Assembly (NCBI GenBank): GCA_964649615.1
Contig: CAZYPW010000008.1
Location: forward strand, 574-64,573
Length of the DNA stretch: 64,000 nucleotides
Direction: 5' to 3'
Origin: an uncultured Gammaproteobacteria bacterium
Lineage (GTDB): Bacteria > Patescibacteriota > Microgenomatia > Daviesbacterales > UBA10151
Shown here piece by piece: positions 55,399-64,000 of the stretch (position 1 is the first letter of the stretch; every line of letters starts with the position of its first letter). The notes beneath the pieces were generated by a model. That model saw only the letters and a list, made by a program, of their open reading frames with translations, was not told where the DNA came from and made no database searches. The translations under genes and the position numbers were made by a program.

Positions 55399-55399
<1 letters not shown>
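55365..55399. repeat. Intergenic heptamer array after groEL
   Basis: CTATACC CTAAACC CTATACA CTATTCC CTAATTC. Confidence 0.75.
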
Positions 55400-57012
<1,613 letters not shown>

Positions 57013-57014
57013 AA

Positions 57015-57269
57015 TTATTCTATAAATCTAGTATTAGCGCCAGGTATTGTACTTACATCTTTTGCTGGAATTCCAATTCCATACAAAGAACCACCCCTCA
57101 TAAAGTCTTCCAATCCTCTATCTAATCTATTAGCTGCATTATCAGTTATACTTACCACCATCTCTGGTTGTATAGGATTTGTAGCTCGAACAATTGCACC
57201 ATATATCCTATCAACTCGATCTGGTCCAACATATTCTTCAAAACTTATCTTTGGTGCGTATTCTGCCAT
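57015..57269 (-). CDS. Hypothetical protein (84 aa) between groES and groEL
   Basis: Fills the gap exactly, with 1-2 nt spacers to both neighbours. Confidence 0.7.
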   Translation of the reverse strand: MAEYAPKISFEEYVGPDRVDRIYGAIVRATNPIQPEMVVSITDNAANRLDRGLEDFMRGGSLYGIGIPAKDVSTIPGANTRFIE

Positions 57270-57270
57270 A

Positions 57271-57594
57271 TTAGTTCTCCAATATCGCCATCAAGTCATC
57301 AAATTTGACTAATTTTAATTCCTTTCCTTCTATTTTTATTTCATCCCCACCCCATTTTTTATAAACCACTTTATCCCCATTTTTTACCGGGCATTTAACA
57401 GTCTTGCCATTCTCCATCACCATGTCATCTCCACAAGCAATTACTATGCCTTGGGCTGGTTTTTCCTGGGCCCCTTCGGGTAAATATATGCCAGAGGCTG
57501 TTTTGGTTTCCGCTTCACTAGGTTGCACCAAACAATAACCCATTAAGGGTTTTATGTTTATTTTTGAAGTTGTATTTTTACTAACTTTTGACAT
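57271..57594 (-). CDS. groS: Co-chaperonin GroES
   Basis: IKPL, KTASGIYLP, GDKVVY, DDLMAIL. Confidence 0.97.
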   Translation of the reverse strand: MSKVSKNTTSKINIKPLMGYCLVQPSEAETKTASGIYLPEGAQEKPAQGIVIACGDDMVMENGKTVKCPVKNGDKVVYKKWGGDEIKIEGKELKLVKFDDLMAILEN

Positions 57595-57639
57595 ATGAAA
57601 TTAACATGAGGCAGAGCTGAGTTAGATTTATACCAAAAA

Positions 57640-57666
57640 CTAGCACTGCTTGTCAAGCCCTGCTAA
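57640..57666 (-). promoter_or_regulatory. CIRCE-like operator centred on the groES -35 box
   Basis: Minus strand TTAGCAGGG-CTTGACAAG-CAGTGCTAG; overlaps the last codons of the upstream gene. Confidence 0.7.
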
Positions 57667-58513
57667 TTTTTTGTTTGTAGAGCTTTAAAATGTTAGGTCT
57701 GATATCTAAAGGGTGGAGGTACAAAGCCCCTTCTTGTATCCGTTCCATACCTTCTGGCTTTTTCATAATTTTTAGCTGTATCCACCTTGCTATCTTTTCT
57801 AATAAGTCAAAAGTTTTGAGATTTGATTTGTAGGTTTGAGATTTGCGTTTTGAGATTTGCGTTTTTTCTCCAATCCAATTTGGTAAAAACTTAAAAGCCC
57901 AACTGTTATCAGACAAATACTTGGTATAAATTCCCTCCCTTTGCCAAAGAAGCTTCATTTGCAAAACTTCATGGGCAGTATATAGATCTTTAAACAATTG
58001 CTCCAAATGGTCTTCATCCAAAATAGTATTCAAACAAAATTTTCCCCGGGCATCTTTAAAACTCATCCCGACTTTTCTTCTTACTCCAAAAAAATCTAGA
58101 ATAAATATGACCAGCATCCGGGATAACCAAAGCCTGTTTTTATCAGTAATTAAAAACAAATCTATATCATCACGTTTTTCACTATTCTCAAGGGCTAATC
58201 CACCTGAAATTCCCACTAATTTTACCCAGGGAATAATTTTAAGAAATTGACCAAATATTTTTGCTTTTTTAAAATAAATTTCTGATTGCTTTTCTCTTCT
58301 TTTTCTTTTTAAAACCAGTTGTTTATGGTTCTTCAAAAAATAAAAGTCCCCGGAGTTACCAATTTTTCTTTTTTTAAAAAGTCTGGTTAATGCTTTTTCT
58401 ACTTGCCAGAAAGTGGCTTGTTTTCCAATCAGCCATTTATGAATTTCGTAGGCTTTCATTGGAAACAAAAAAATATTGGCATAAATTAATGTTTTTAAAA
58501 CCGCCTTTTCCAT
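57653..58513 (-). CDS. Nucleotidyltransferase-domain protein
   Basis: VGISGGLA...DDIDLFLI, DLYTAHE. Confidence 0.75.
   Translation of the reverse strand: MEKAVLKTLIYANIFLFPMKAYEIHKWLIGKQATFWQVEKALTRLFKKRKIGNSGDFYFLKNHKQLVLKRKRREKQSEIYFKKAKIFGQFLKIIPWVKLVGISGGLALENSEKRDDIDLFLITDKNRLWLSRMLVIFILDFFGVRRKVGMSFKDARGKFCLNTILDEDHLEQLFKDLYTAHEVLQMKLLWQREGIYTKYLSDNSWAFKFLPNWIGEKTQISKRKSQTYKSNLKTFDLLEKIARWIQLKIMKKPEGMERIQEGALYLHPLDIRPNILKLYKQKISRA
57804..57866. repeat. Heptamer-array element in frame (same family as 3403-3501)
   Basis: Minus strand ACGCAAA TCTCAAA ACGCAAA TCTCAAA CCTACAAA TCAAAT CTCAAAA CTTTTGAC; peptide TQISKRKSQTYKSNLKTFD. Confidence 0.75.
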
Positions 58514-58530
58514 AGGAGTATAATAATCAA

Positions 58531-59448
58531 ATGCAAATTAAAAGTAACTACCCGCTATCACAAGTTACCACTTTACAAATTGGTGGTCCTGCTAAAAAGT
58601 TTGTTGAAGTGTCTTCAAATGAAGAATTAACAAAGGCAATAAATTTTGCCAAAGCAAATAACCTGAATTATTTAGTAATAGGCGAAGGGAGTAATTTATT
58701 AGTTTCTGATAAAGGGGTTGATAAATTAATTATTAAAAATTCTATCACTGGTATAGCCTCACAGGGTTCAACCTTACGAGTTCAAAGCGGCACTGTTTTA
58801 CAAGAGTTAGTGGATTTTTCCATTAAATATGGACTAGCTGGATTACAAAAATTAACCGGTATCCCCGGAACTGTGGGTGGTGCAATTTACGGAAATGCCG
58901 GAGCATATGGACAAACAATCTCAGACCATATTGTGGAGGTTACTGTTCTGAATCCTTCAACTGTCATTCCCGCGCAGGGGTGTGGTTTTAATTATCGGGA
59001 CAGCAACTTCAAAAGAAATCACCATATCATCTTAGAAGTTACTTTCCAATTTGAAAAATCTGATCCACAGATTATGAAGGCTGAAGCAAAAGAAGTCTTA
59101 TCTAAAAGACTGGTTAAGTATCCTCCGGGAATAAAATGCCCCGGATCTTTTTTTAAAAATATAGTGGCAGATACTTTGTCAAAAGAAATTTTAGACAAAA
59201 TACCTAAAAAAGCTATAATCTACGGTAAGCTTCCAGCAGGGTATCTTTTAGAACAAGTTGGAGCTAAAGGGAATTCATTAGATGGAATTTATATCGCAGA
59301 TTATCATGCAAACTTATTTATAAATAATGACCATGGAAATGCTCAGGCCTTCCATGATTTAGCCAAAAAATATGCTGAAAAAGTTTATGAAAAATATGGA
59401 ATTAAATTAGAACCAGAAGTACAGCTTATTAACCTACCTCCGCTTTAA
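58531..59448 (+). CDS. murB: UDP-N-acetylenolpyruvoylglucosamine reductase
   Basis: IGEGSNLL, GIPGTVGGAIYGNAGAYG, GSFFKN, HANLFIN, LEPEV. Confidence 0.96.
   Translation: MQIKSNYPLSQVTTLQIGGPAKKFVEVSSNEELTKAINFAKANNLNYLVIGEGSNLLVSDKGVDKLIIKNSITGIASQGSTLRVQSGTVLQELVDFSIKYGLAGLQKLTGIPGTVGGAIYGNAGAYGQTISDHIVEVTVLNPSTVIPAQGCGFNYRDSNFKRNHHIILEVTFQFEKSDPQIMKAEAKEVLSKRLVKYPPGIKCPGSFFKNIVADTLSKEILDKIPKKAIIYGKLPAGYLLEQVGAKGNSLDGIYIADYHANLFINNDHGNAQAFHDLAKKYAEKVYEKYGIKLEPEVQLINLPPL
58963..58978. repeat. Truncated GTCA-footed element in murB
   Basis: GTCATTCCCGCGCAGG; peptide VIPAQG; only the left arm is present. Confidence 0.5.
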
Positions 59449-60002
59449 AAAAGTTTTATTAAATCAGGACATTCATGAGACATTTCATTAAAATGTCCTT
59501 TGTTGTGCTCTATATATACTTTAGCCCCTAATTTTTCTTCAAAAAGTTTTTTATTTATCTCCAGTGGAACAAACGGATCATTATCAGAAAAAACTGCCAC
59601 AAAAGAATTAGCCTTGGTTTTTACCTCCTCTAAATTAAGTGTAGAATCAATCCAAGACTGAGCAATTTGCTGTTCTTCTTCTGTTAATCCCTTAAGATAT
59701 GCACCAAACCCAGCTACCAGTATTACTTTCCCAACTTTTTTATTTTCTGGCAAGCCTTCTAAGAAACGTAAGATTGTTTGGCATCCCATACTATGACCGA
59801 CAAGTACATCATCTGCTCTAACCTCACCCACTATTTTCGCTAAATATGGGACCCAATTTTCTATTTTAGGATAATCTGGATTAGGCATTGTTGGTGCCAT
59901 CACCTCATATCCTTTTTTCTCCAATTCCTCTCTGAGCCAAGGAAAGAAATCTTTAGCGGGTGACCCACTCCACCCATGAACAATAATTACTCTTTTAGAC
60001 AT
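59445..60002 (-). CDS. RBBP9/YdeN-family alpha/beta hydrolase
   Basis: IIVHGW, VGHSMGC, SDNDPFV, GHF. Confidence 0.9.
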   Translation of the reverse strand: MSKRVIIVHGWSGSPAKDFFPWLREELEKKGYEVMAPTMPNPDYPKIENWVPYLAKIVGEVRADDVLVGHSMGCQTILRFLEGLPENKKVGKVILVAGFGAYLKGLTEEEQQIAQSWIDSTLNLEEVKTKANSFVAVFSDNDPFVPLEINKKLFEEKLGAKVYIEHNKGHFNEMSHECPDLIKLF

Positions 60003-60086
60003 AAATTACCATAGAATTATCTAAAGCAAAGACCAATACATACAAACTTTGGTTACAACAATACGCTATAGCTTATCATTGTAACT

Positions 60087-60257
60087 CTATTTATTATTCT
60101 CTATCTTATTTTTTAAATTCTGTTTGGCAAACACTGTTTCTAGTTCCTCCTGTCCAAGACTTTTGCCCTGCTTTTCCGCTTCTCCCATAACCTGACAGAC
60201 CAGACAGTCATCAAAATACTCATTATCTTTTATTTTTACTTCCTTGGTCTTTTTCAT
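60087..60257 (-). CDS. Small hypothetical protein (56 aa) with CxxC, not in the ORF track
   Basis: MKKTKEVKIKDNEYFDDCLVCQVMGEAEKQGKSLGQEELETVFAKQNLKNKIENNK. Confidence 0.55.
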   Translation of the reverse strand: MKKTKEVKIKDNEYFDDCLVCQVMGEAEKQGKSLGQEELETVFAKQNLKNKIENNK

Positions 60258-60314
60258 CTTACTCAATAATATGATTATGGTTAGAATGAATCGCGGCCGC
60301 GATCAGATGTAACC

Positions 60315-60830
60315 CTATTTTTTAACTTTGTAATGTAACTGAACTGTATTTTTGTTTAACTTGTTTGCCTCTATAAATTCTAAATTTACCTCAAAATCTG
60401 CATCTGCAAAGAGTTTAATTCCTTTTCCAAAAACAATTGGTTCTACATCAAGATAAATTTCATCGATTAGTCCTGCTTTCATAAAAGAGCTATTTAGTTT
60501 CCCTCCTCCAGCCAGAAAAGCCTCACTAAATCCTCTTTCTTCTAACATCTGTAGAACTTCTCCTGGAGATTGATCTATAATTATTACTTTATCCCCCCAT
60601 TTATTTTCTAAAAGTTGGTGAGTTACAACTATATTTACGGCATCTGGAAATGGAAAATACCCATACTTTAAGGCAGCTTCATAAGTATTCCTACCCATGA
60701 TAATATTCCCAGTTTGTTTACTATGATGATAAAAACCTTGTAAATCTTCCTCTGAAGTCCACTCAGAATCCCCATCTTCTTTAGCTATATATCCATTTGG
60801 AGTTATCCCCATATACAAAATTGTTTTCAT
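60315..60830 (-). CDS. Dihydrofolate reductase/RibD C-terminal-like protein
   Basis: TPNGYIA, IIMGRNTY, GGGKLN, LIDEIYLDVEPIVFGKG. Confidence 0.88.
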   Translation of the reverse strand: MKTILYMGITPNGYIAKEDGDSEWTSEEDLQGFYHHSKQTGNIIMGRNTYEAALKYGYFPFPDAVNIVVTHQLLENKWGDKVIIIDQSPGEVLQMLEERGFSEAFLAGGGKLNSSFMKAGLIDEIYLDVEPIVFGKGIKLFADADFEVNLEFIEANKLNKNTVQLHYKVKK

Positions 60831-61139
60831 TTTAAATCTTTTAACTGTTCATCTGTAAGTTCTGACTGCTTGATAATTTTTCTCAAAGTTCCTTCTGGAA
60901 CTGATCCTGGATGAACTGCTACTTGAGTCCATCTACCATCTGGACTGGCACCTCTTGACCTTCATCTCTCAACACTTCTATAGCCAACTCAATTCCATCT
61001 TTAATACTTTTTAAAGCTTCATCAATAGAATCACCATAATCAGCCACACCTAATGTTGGACAATAGGCATTATAGACAGTTTTCCTATCCATTTTTCCGG
61101 TTCAATAATAATTCTGTAGTTTAAAACCTGCTTTTGCAT
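60827..61139 (-). pseudogene. Decayed hicB-hicA toxin-antitoxin pair (frameshift plus internal deletion)
   Basis: MQKQVLNYRIIIEPEK / frameshift / YNAYCPTLGVADYGDSIDEAL (HicB-like), joined to PDGRWTQVAVHPGSVPEGTLRKIIKQ (HicA C-half). Confidence 0.8.
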
Positions 61140-61184
61140 GAGTTTATTTTAACATATCATCTAAATTCACGTTATTTTGCCAAT

Positions 61185-61298
61185 TTAAATCAATTTCAAC
61201 TTTTCCATAGGATAATCTTTTTTATTATTTGTCACAAGGATTAAACCATTAATCACAGCTGTTGCTGCAATACAGGAATCAACCAGATGTAAGGTTTT
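61185..61298 (-). pseudogene. Orphan diverged copy of the 3' end of the PIN gene at 62869-63246
   Basis: KTLHLVDSCIAATAVINGLILVTNNKKDYPMEKLKLI* versus RALYLVDACIVATAIKNNLILVTNNKKDYPMEGLKLI* (28/37 identical by hand count). Confidence 0.88.
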
Positions 61299-61356
61299 GT
61301 GCCTAAACCTTCGTTTGTACTTGACGGTTTAGCCTTAATACTCTATAATATACTGT

Positions 61357-62736
61357 ATGGATAAAGATTTATTAAATACTCTCTTAACCCGCTGGAATCC
61401 TCACTTTAGTGACCTTACTAAAGGAAAGTGGGAAGGAACAGTTAAGAGAGCAAAATACCTTGAACGGTTAAAGCCGCTCATGGATATACCCCATGTGGTA
61501 ATTCTGTCGGGTGTTCGCCGAGCAGGAAAATCAACGCTCATGCAGCAGACAATGGAATATTTAATTAAAGAAAAGGGGGTACCAGCAAAAAATGTGGTCT
61601 ATATATTCTTAGAGGATATACTTGTCCAGCAATACCTTTCAATGGGATGGGAATTACTTGACCAACTTTATAACCATTATCTTGAAATGTACAATCCAGA
61701 AGGAAAAGTCTATTTATTCTTAGACGAGATACAAGGAGTAAAAGAGTTTAATCGGTGGGCAGCAAGCAGGTATGAACGCAAAGAACCAATAAAATTTGTT
61801 TTCTCAGGCTCTCGAAAAGCCTTACTTGAATCTGAATCTGCAACAGTATTAACCGGAAGAAATGTTTTAGTAAATGTATATCCCCTCAATTTTTATGAAT
61901 ATCTCCTAATAAAAAATGTTCCTATTCTGGGTGATAATTCCATACAATCCCTGCGGGATGCAAATTTCGATCAACAACATACAATTCTGCATCATTTGAG
62001 CAAATATTTATATGAAGGTGGTTATCCGGAAATTGTGCTTGCGCAAGCAGAGGAGGCAAAACGAGCAATAGCAGGAGGTTATTACAGTGATATTGTAACA
62101 AGAGATGTACTTCGCCCAAATGCTGTGCGCAATGCTCATGAAGTAGAATTGTTAGGTTTGCAAATAATGAATGAGTTCACAAAAACTCATACCTACAGTA
62201 GTCTGGGAAGATCGCAAAAACTCTCCGTTGATACAGTGAAAAACTATCTTGACTACTTTGCAAAGGCACATCTATTTTTTGAAAGCACCCATTTTTCTTA
62301 TAAAACAAAAGAGACACAAGATATACAACGACCACGAAAAATATATGTGGTTGATAATGGACTCCGAAACTTCAATGTCCCACAACTGAAGCCTGATTTA
62401 GGACAATGTGCTGAAAATACCGCTTATATGGAACTACAAAAGAACAATGTTGCAGTTCACTATTGGAAGGAGAAGAAAGAAATAGATTTTGTTACCATGA
62501 ACCCAGCCCTTGCGTTTCTCAATGTTTCTTATACTGATGAATTACATCCACGAGAAGTAGAAAGCATGGTAGAAGGATTAAAGGAATTTGATAAAGATAA
62601 AGGAATAATACTCACGAAAAATTACGCTGGCAAGAAAGAGATAGAGGGAAAAAATATAGAATTTATACCGCTTTGGGCATGGCTTATTTTAAATGGAAGA
62701 GTTTTCTTTAAAGAAGCCAATATACTTCAAGATTAA
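61357..62736 (+). CDS. AAA+ ATPase (AAA_14 + DUF4143)
   Basis: GVRRAGKST, FLDEIQ, GGYPE, KIYVVDNGL, EIDFV. Confidence 0.9.
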   Translation: MDKDLLNTLLTRWNPHFSDLTKGKWEGTVKRAKYLERLKPLMDIPHVVILSGVRRAGKSTLMQQTMEYLIKEKGVPAKNVVYIFLEDILVQQYLSMGWELLDQLYNHYLEMYNPEGKVYLFLDEIQGVKEFNRWAASRYERKEPIKFVFSGSRKALLESESATVLTGRNVLVNVYPLNFYEYLLIKNVPILGDNSIQSLRDANFDQQHTILHHLSKYLYEGGYPEIVLAQAEEAKRAIAGGYYSDIVTRDVLRPNAVRNAHEVELLGLQIMNEFTKTHTYSSLGRSQKLSVDTVKNYLDYFAKAHLFFESTHFSYKTKETQDIQRPRKIYVVDNGLRNFNVPQLKPDLGQCAENTAYMELQKNNVAVHYWKEKKEIDFVTMNPALAFLNVSYTDELHPREVESMVEGLKEFDKDKGIILTKNYAGKKEIEGKNIEFIPLWAWLILNGRVFFKEANILQD

Positions 62737-62750
62737 CGGTACAGACATTC

Positions 62751-62861
62751 CACATCCGAAGTGAATTAGGTAGACACATCAGATAAAGCACCTTATTTTA
62801 AAAAGATAAAAGAAAAAGATAAAATCCCAATGTGCGAAGCTGTTCCATATCGGAGGTGGAA
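62751..62861. repeat. Degenerate CAC.TC.GA.GTG palindromes in the intergenic spacer
   Basis: CACATCCGAAGTG (62751-62763) and TTCCATATCGGAGGTGGAA (62843-62861). Confidence 0.45.
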
Positions 62862-62868
62862 AGTGTTC

Positions 62869-63246
62869 TTAAATCAACTTTAATCCTTCCATCGGATAAT
62901 CTTTTTTATTATTTGTCACAAGAATTAGATTATTTTTAATAGCTGTAGCAACAATGCAAGCATCAACTAAATATAGCGCCCTCCCTTTTTTACCAAAACT
63001 CCTAATAAATTCTATGGCTAATTGAGCAATATCATTTGTCAATGGGATAATGGTTAAAGCGTCAAAAAACTTATTTATTTTTGGAATTTGGGCATCTTTC
63101 AATCCTATCTTAACTTCTATCTCAATCAAGACAGATACCGCGGGTAGTTCATCAAGTTGAATAATTTTTTCAATTAAAGCGATTGCTGATTCTCGTTTTG
63201 CCAAATAGTCAATAATGATATCAGAATTAAGTAGATAAGTTGTCAC
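62869..63246 (-). CDS. PIN-domain (VapC-like) toxin
   Basis: YLLNSDIIIDYL, EIEV, VDACIVATA, LVTNNKKDY. Confidence 0.88.
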   Translation of the reverse strand: MTTYLLNSDIIIDYLAKRESAIALIEKIIQLDELPAVSVLIEIEVKIGLKDAQIPKINKFFDALTIIPLTNDIAQLAIEFIRSFGKKGRALYLVDACIVATAIKNNLILVTNNKKDYPMEGLKLI

Positions 63247-63503
63247 TATTTAAATCTTAAATCATTCTTTTTACGGAAGGATCTAATATAGGACCTTACC
63301 TTTTTAGCAGTAGAAAAATGAGGGTAATTTTTAGCATCAAGCATACCAACAGACTCTCTGGCAACTTTAGCAAAATTAATTTGATTAAGATGTTTTCTGA
63401 CAGATTCTGCCAAAAAGGCGCTTCTTTTACCTGGACCTACTAACTTATCAACTTCTAAAAGTAGGTCTTTAGGAAATATAATATTAGCACGGACCATGTT
63501 CAT
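63246..63503 (-). CDS. RHH/CopG-like antitoxin
   Basis: RANIIFPKDLLLEVD...RSAFLAESV; ATG 63503 follows TATAAT; TATACACACTATTA direct repeats upstream. Confidence 0.8.
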   Translation of the reverse strand: MNMVRANIIFPKDLLLEVDKLVGPGKRSAFLAESVRKHLNQINFAKVARESVGMLDAKNYPHFSTAKKVRSYIRSFRKKNDLRFK

Positions 63504-63641
63504 ATACACACTATTATACACACTATTAAAAATCTGTCAAATTCAAGCTATTTTATTCTCCATCAGGATATCTTACCTTACTAAAAGACCAGGTTTCCTC
63601 TATCCAATCTTTAACTGGCACAAAAGTAATAATTTTAAACA

Positions 63642-64000
63642 TTAAGGTGAGGCAGCAGGGATGTTTCTGACTAAATCATTTAATACCTGGTCTACCCCTT
63701 TGGCTACAGTTTGCAAAGCAACTTGTGGATCAGTTCCTTGCAGAGTGGCATTAATCCCATCCTCGAAGTATTTAATCATCTGGTCATTAATCCCATTATC
63801 ATAGGTATTAGATGCTAGATACCAGAATTTATAATTTGGCCCTTGTGAAACTACAGCTCCTATTAAAGGATCATTAATTAATTCCCCTTGCAGAGAAATT
63901 AAAGAATATGGTTCTCCAAATAATCTGACTTGGGAGGCTTGTTGATAGAGTAATCTTTCAGCTGGTTCAGAGGTTAAAAACTTGACAAATTTCCAAGCTT
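63642..64000 (-). CDS. Extracellular solute-binding protein, C-terminal part (5' end outside the window)
   Basis: Manual translation AWKFVKFLTSEPAERLLYQQASQVRLFGEPYS...DNGINDQMIKYFEDGIN...*. Confidence 0.75.
   Translation of the reverse strand, partial: AWKFVKFLTSEPAERLLYQQASQVRLFGEPYSLISLQGELINDPLIGAVVSQGPNYKFWYLASNTYDNGINDQMIKYFEDGINATLQGTDPQVALQTVAKGVDQVLNDLVRNIPAASP

Noticed and set aside
60290-60303. GC-rich palindrome ATCGCGGCCGCGAT
   Set aside because: Single copy in the window; it may be another element family or a terminator, but this is unsupported.
63553-63642. 29-aa ORF MFKIITFVPVKDW...
   Set aside because: Too short to call; possibly a gene remnant.

Overview
AT-rich bacterial chromosomal segment. 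Gene content and protein style (short IF2, degenerate DHH protein, PilN/PilO, FN3-dockerin, LCP, FemAB, GT2-WecA-UbiA) point to Patescibacteria/CPR, probably Microgenomates; this taxonomy is an inference. It is mostly housekeeping: ftsK (partial), rnj, a Lon-like AAA-only protein, pnp, rpsO, infB, nusA, hrcA-grpE-dnaK, dnaJ, lepA, murJ, rpsT, holA, tpiA, trxA, pcrA, metG, tatD, groES/groEL and murB. Small accessory islets carry MNT-HEPN, two PIN/RHH pairs, Fic-HTH, a decayed hicBA, an AAA-DUF4143 ATPase and a free-standing LAGLIDADG endonuclease. No rRNA, tRNA, CRISPR array or transposase was recognised. Four signals are not explained by the gene list. (1) At least six families of short palindromic or 7-nt-periodic micro-elements occur both between genes and in frame inside core proteins (LepA, GrpE, PcrA, TatD, IF2, NusA, PNPase, PepP, MurB, FemAB). 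(2) Two islets are followed by a diverged orphan copy of the 3' end of the gene that precedes them (dnaK, vapC). (3) A TANNNT box lies 6-7 nt before the ATG of at least 15 genes, suggesting widespread leaderless transcription. (4) A protease-less Lon ATPase sits between pnp (which has an RGG-rich tail) and RNase J. All calls come from manual reading; no database searches were run.
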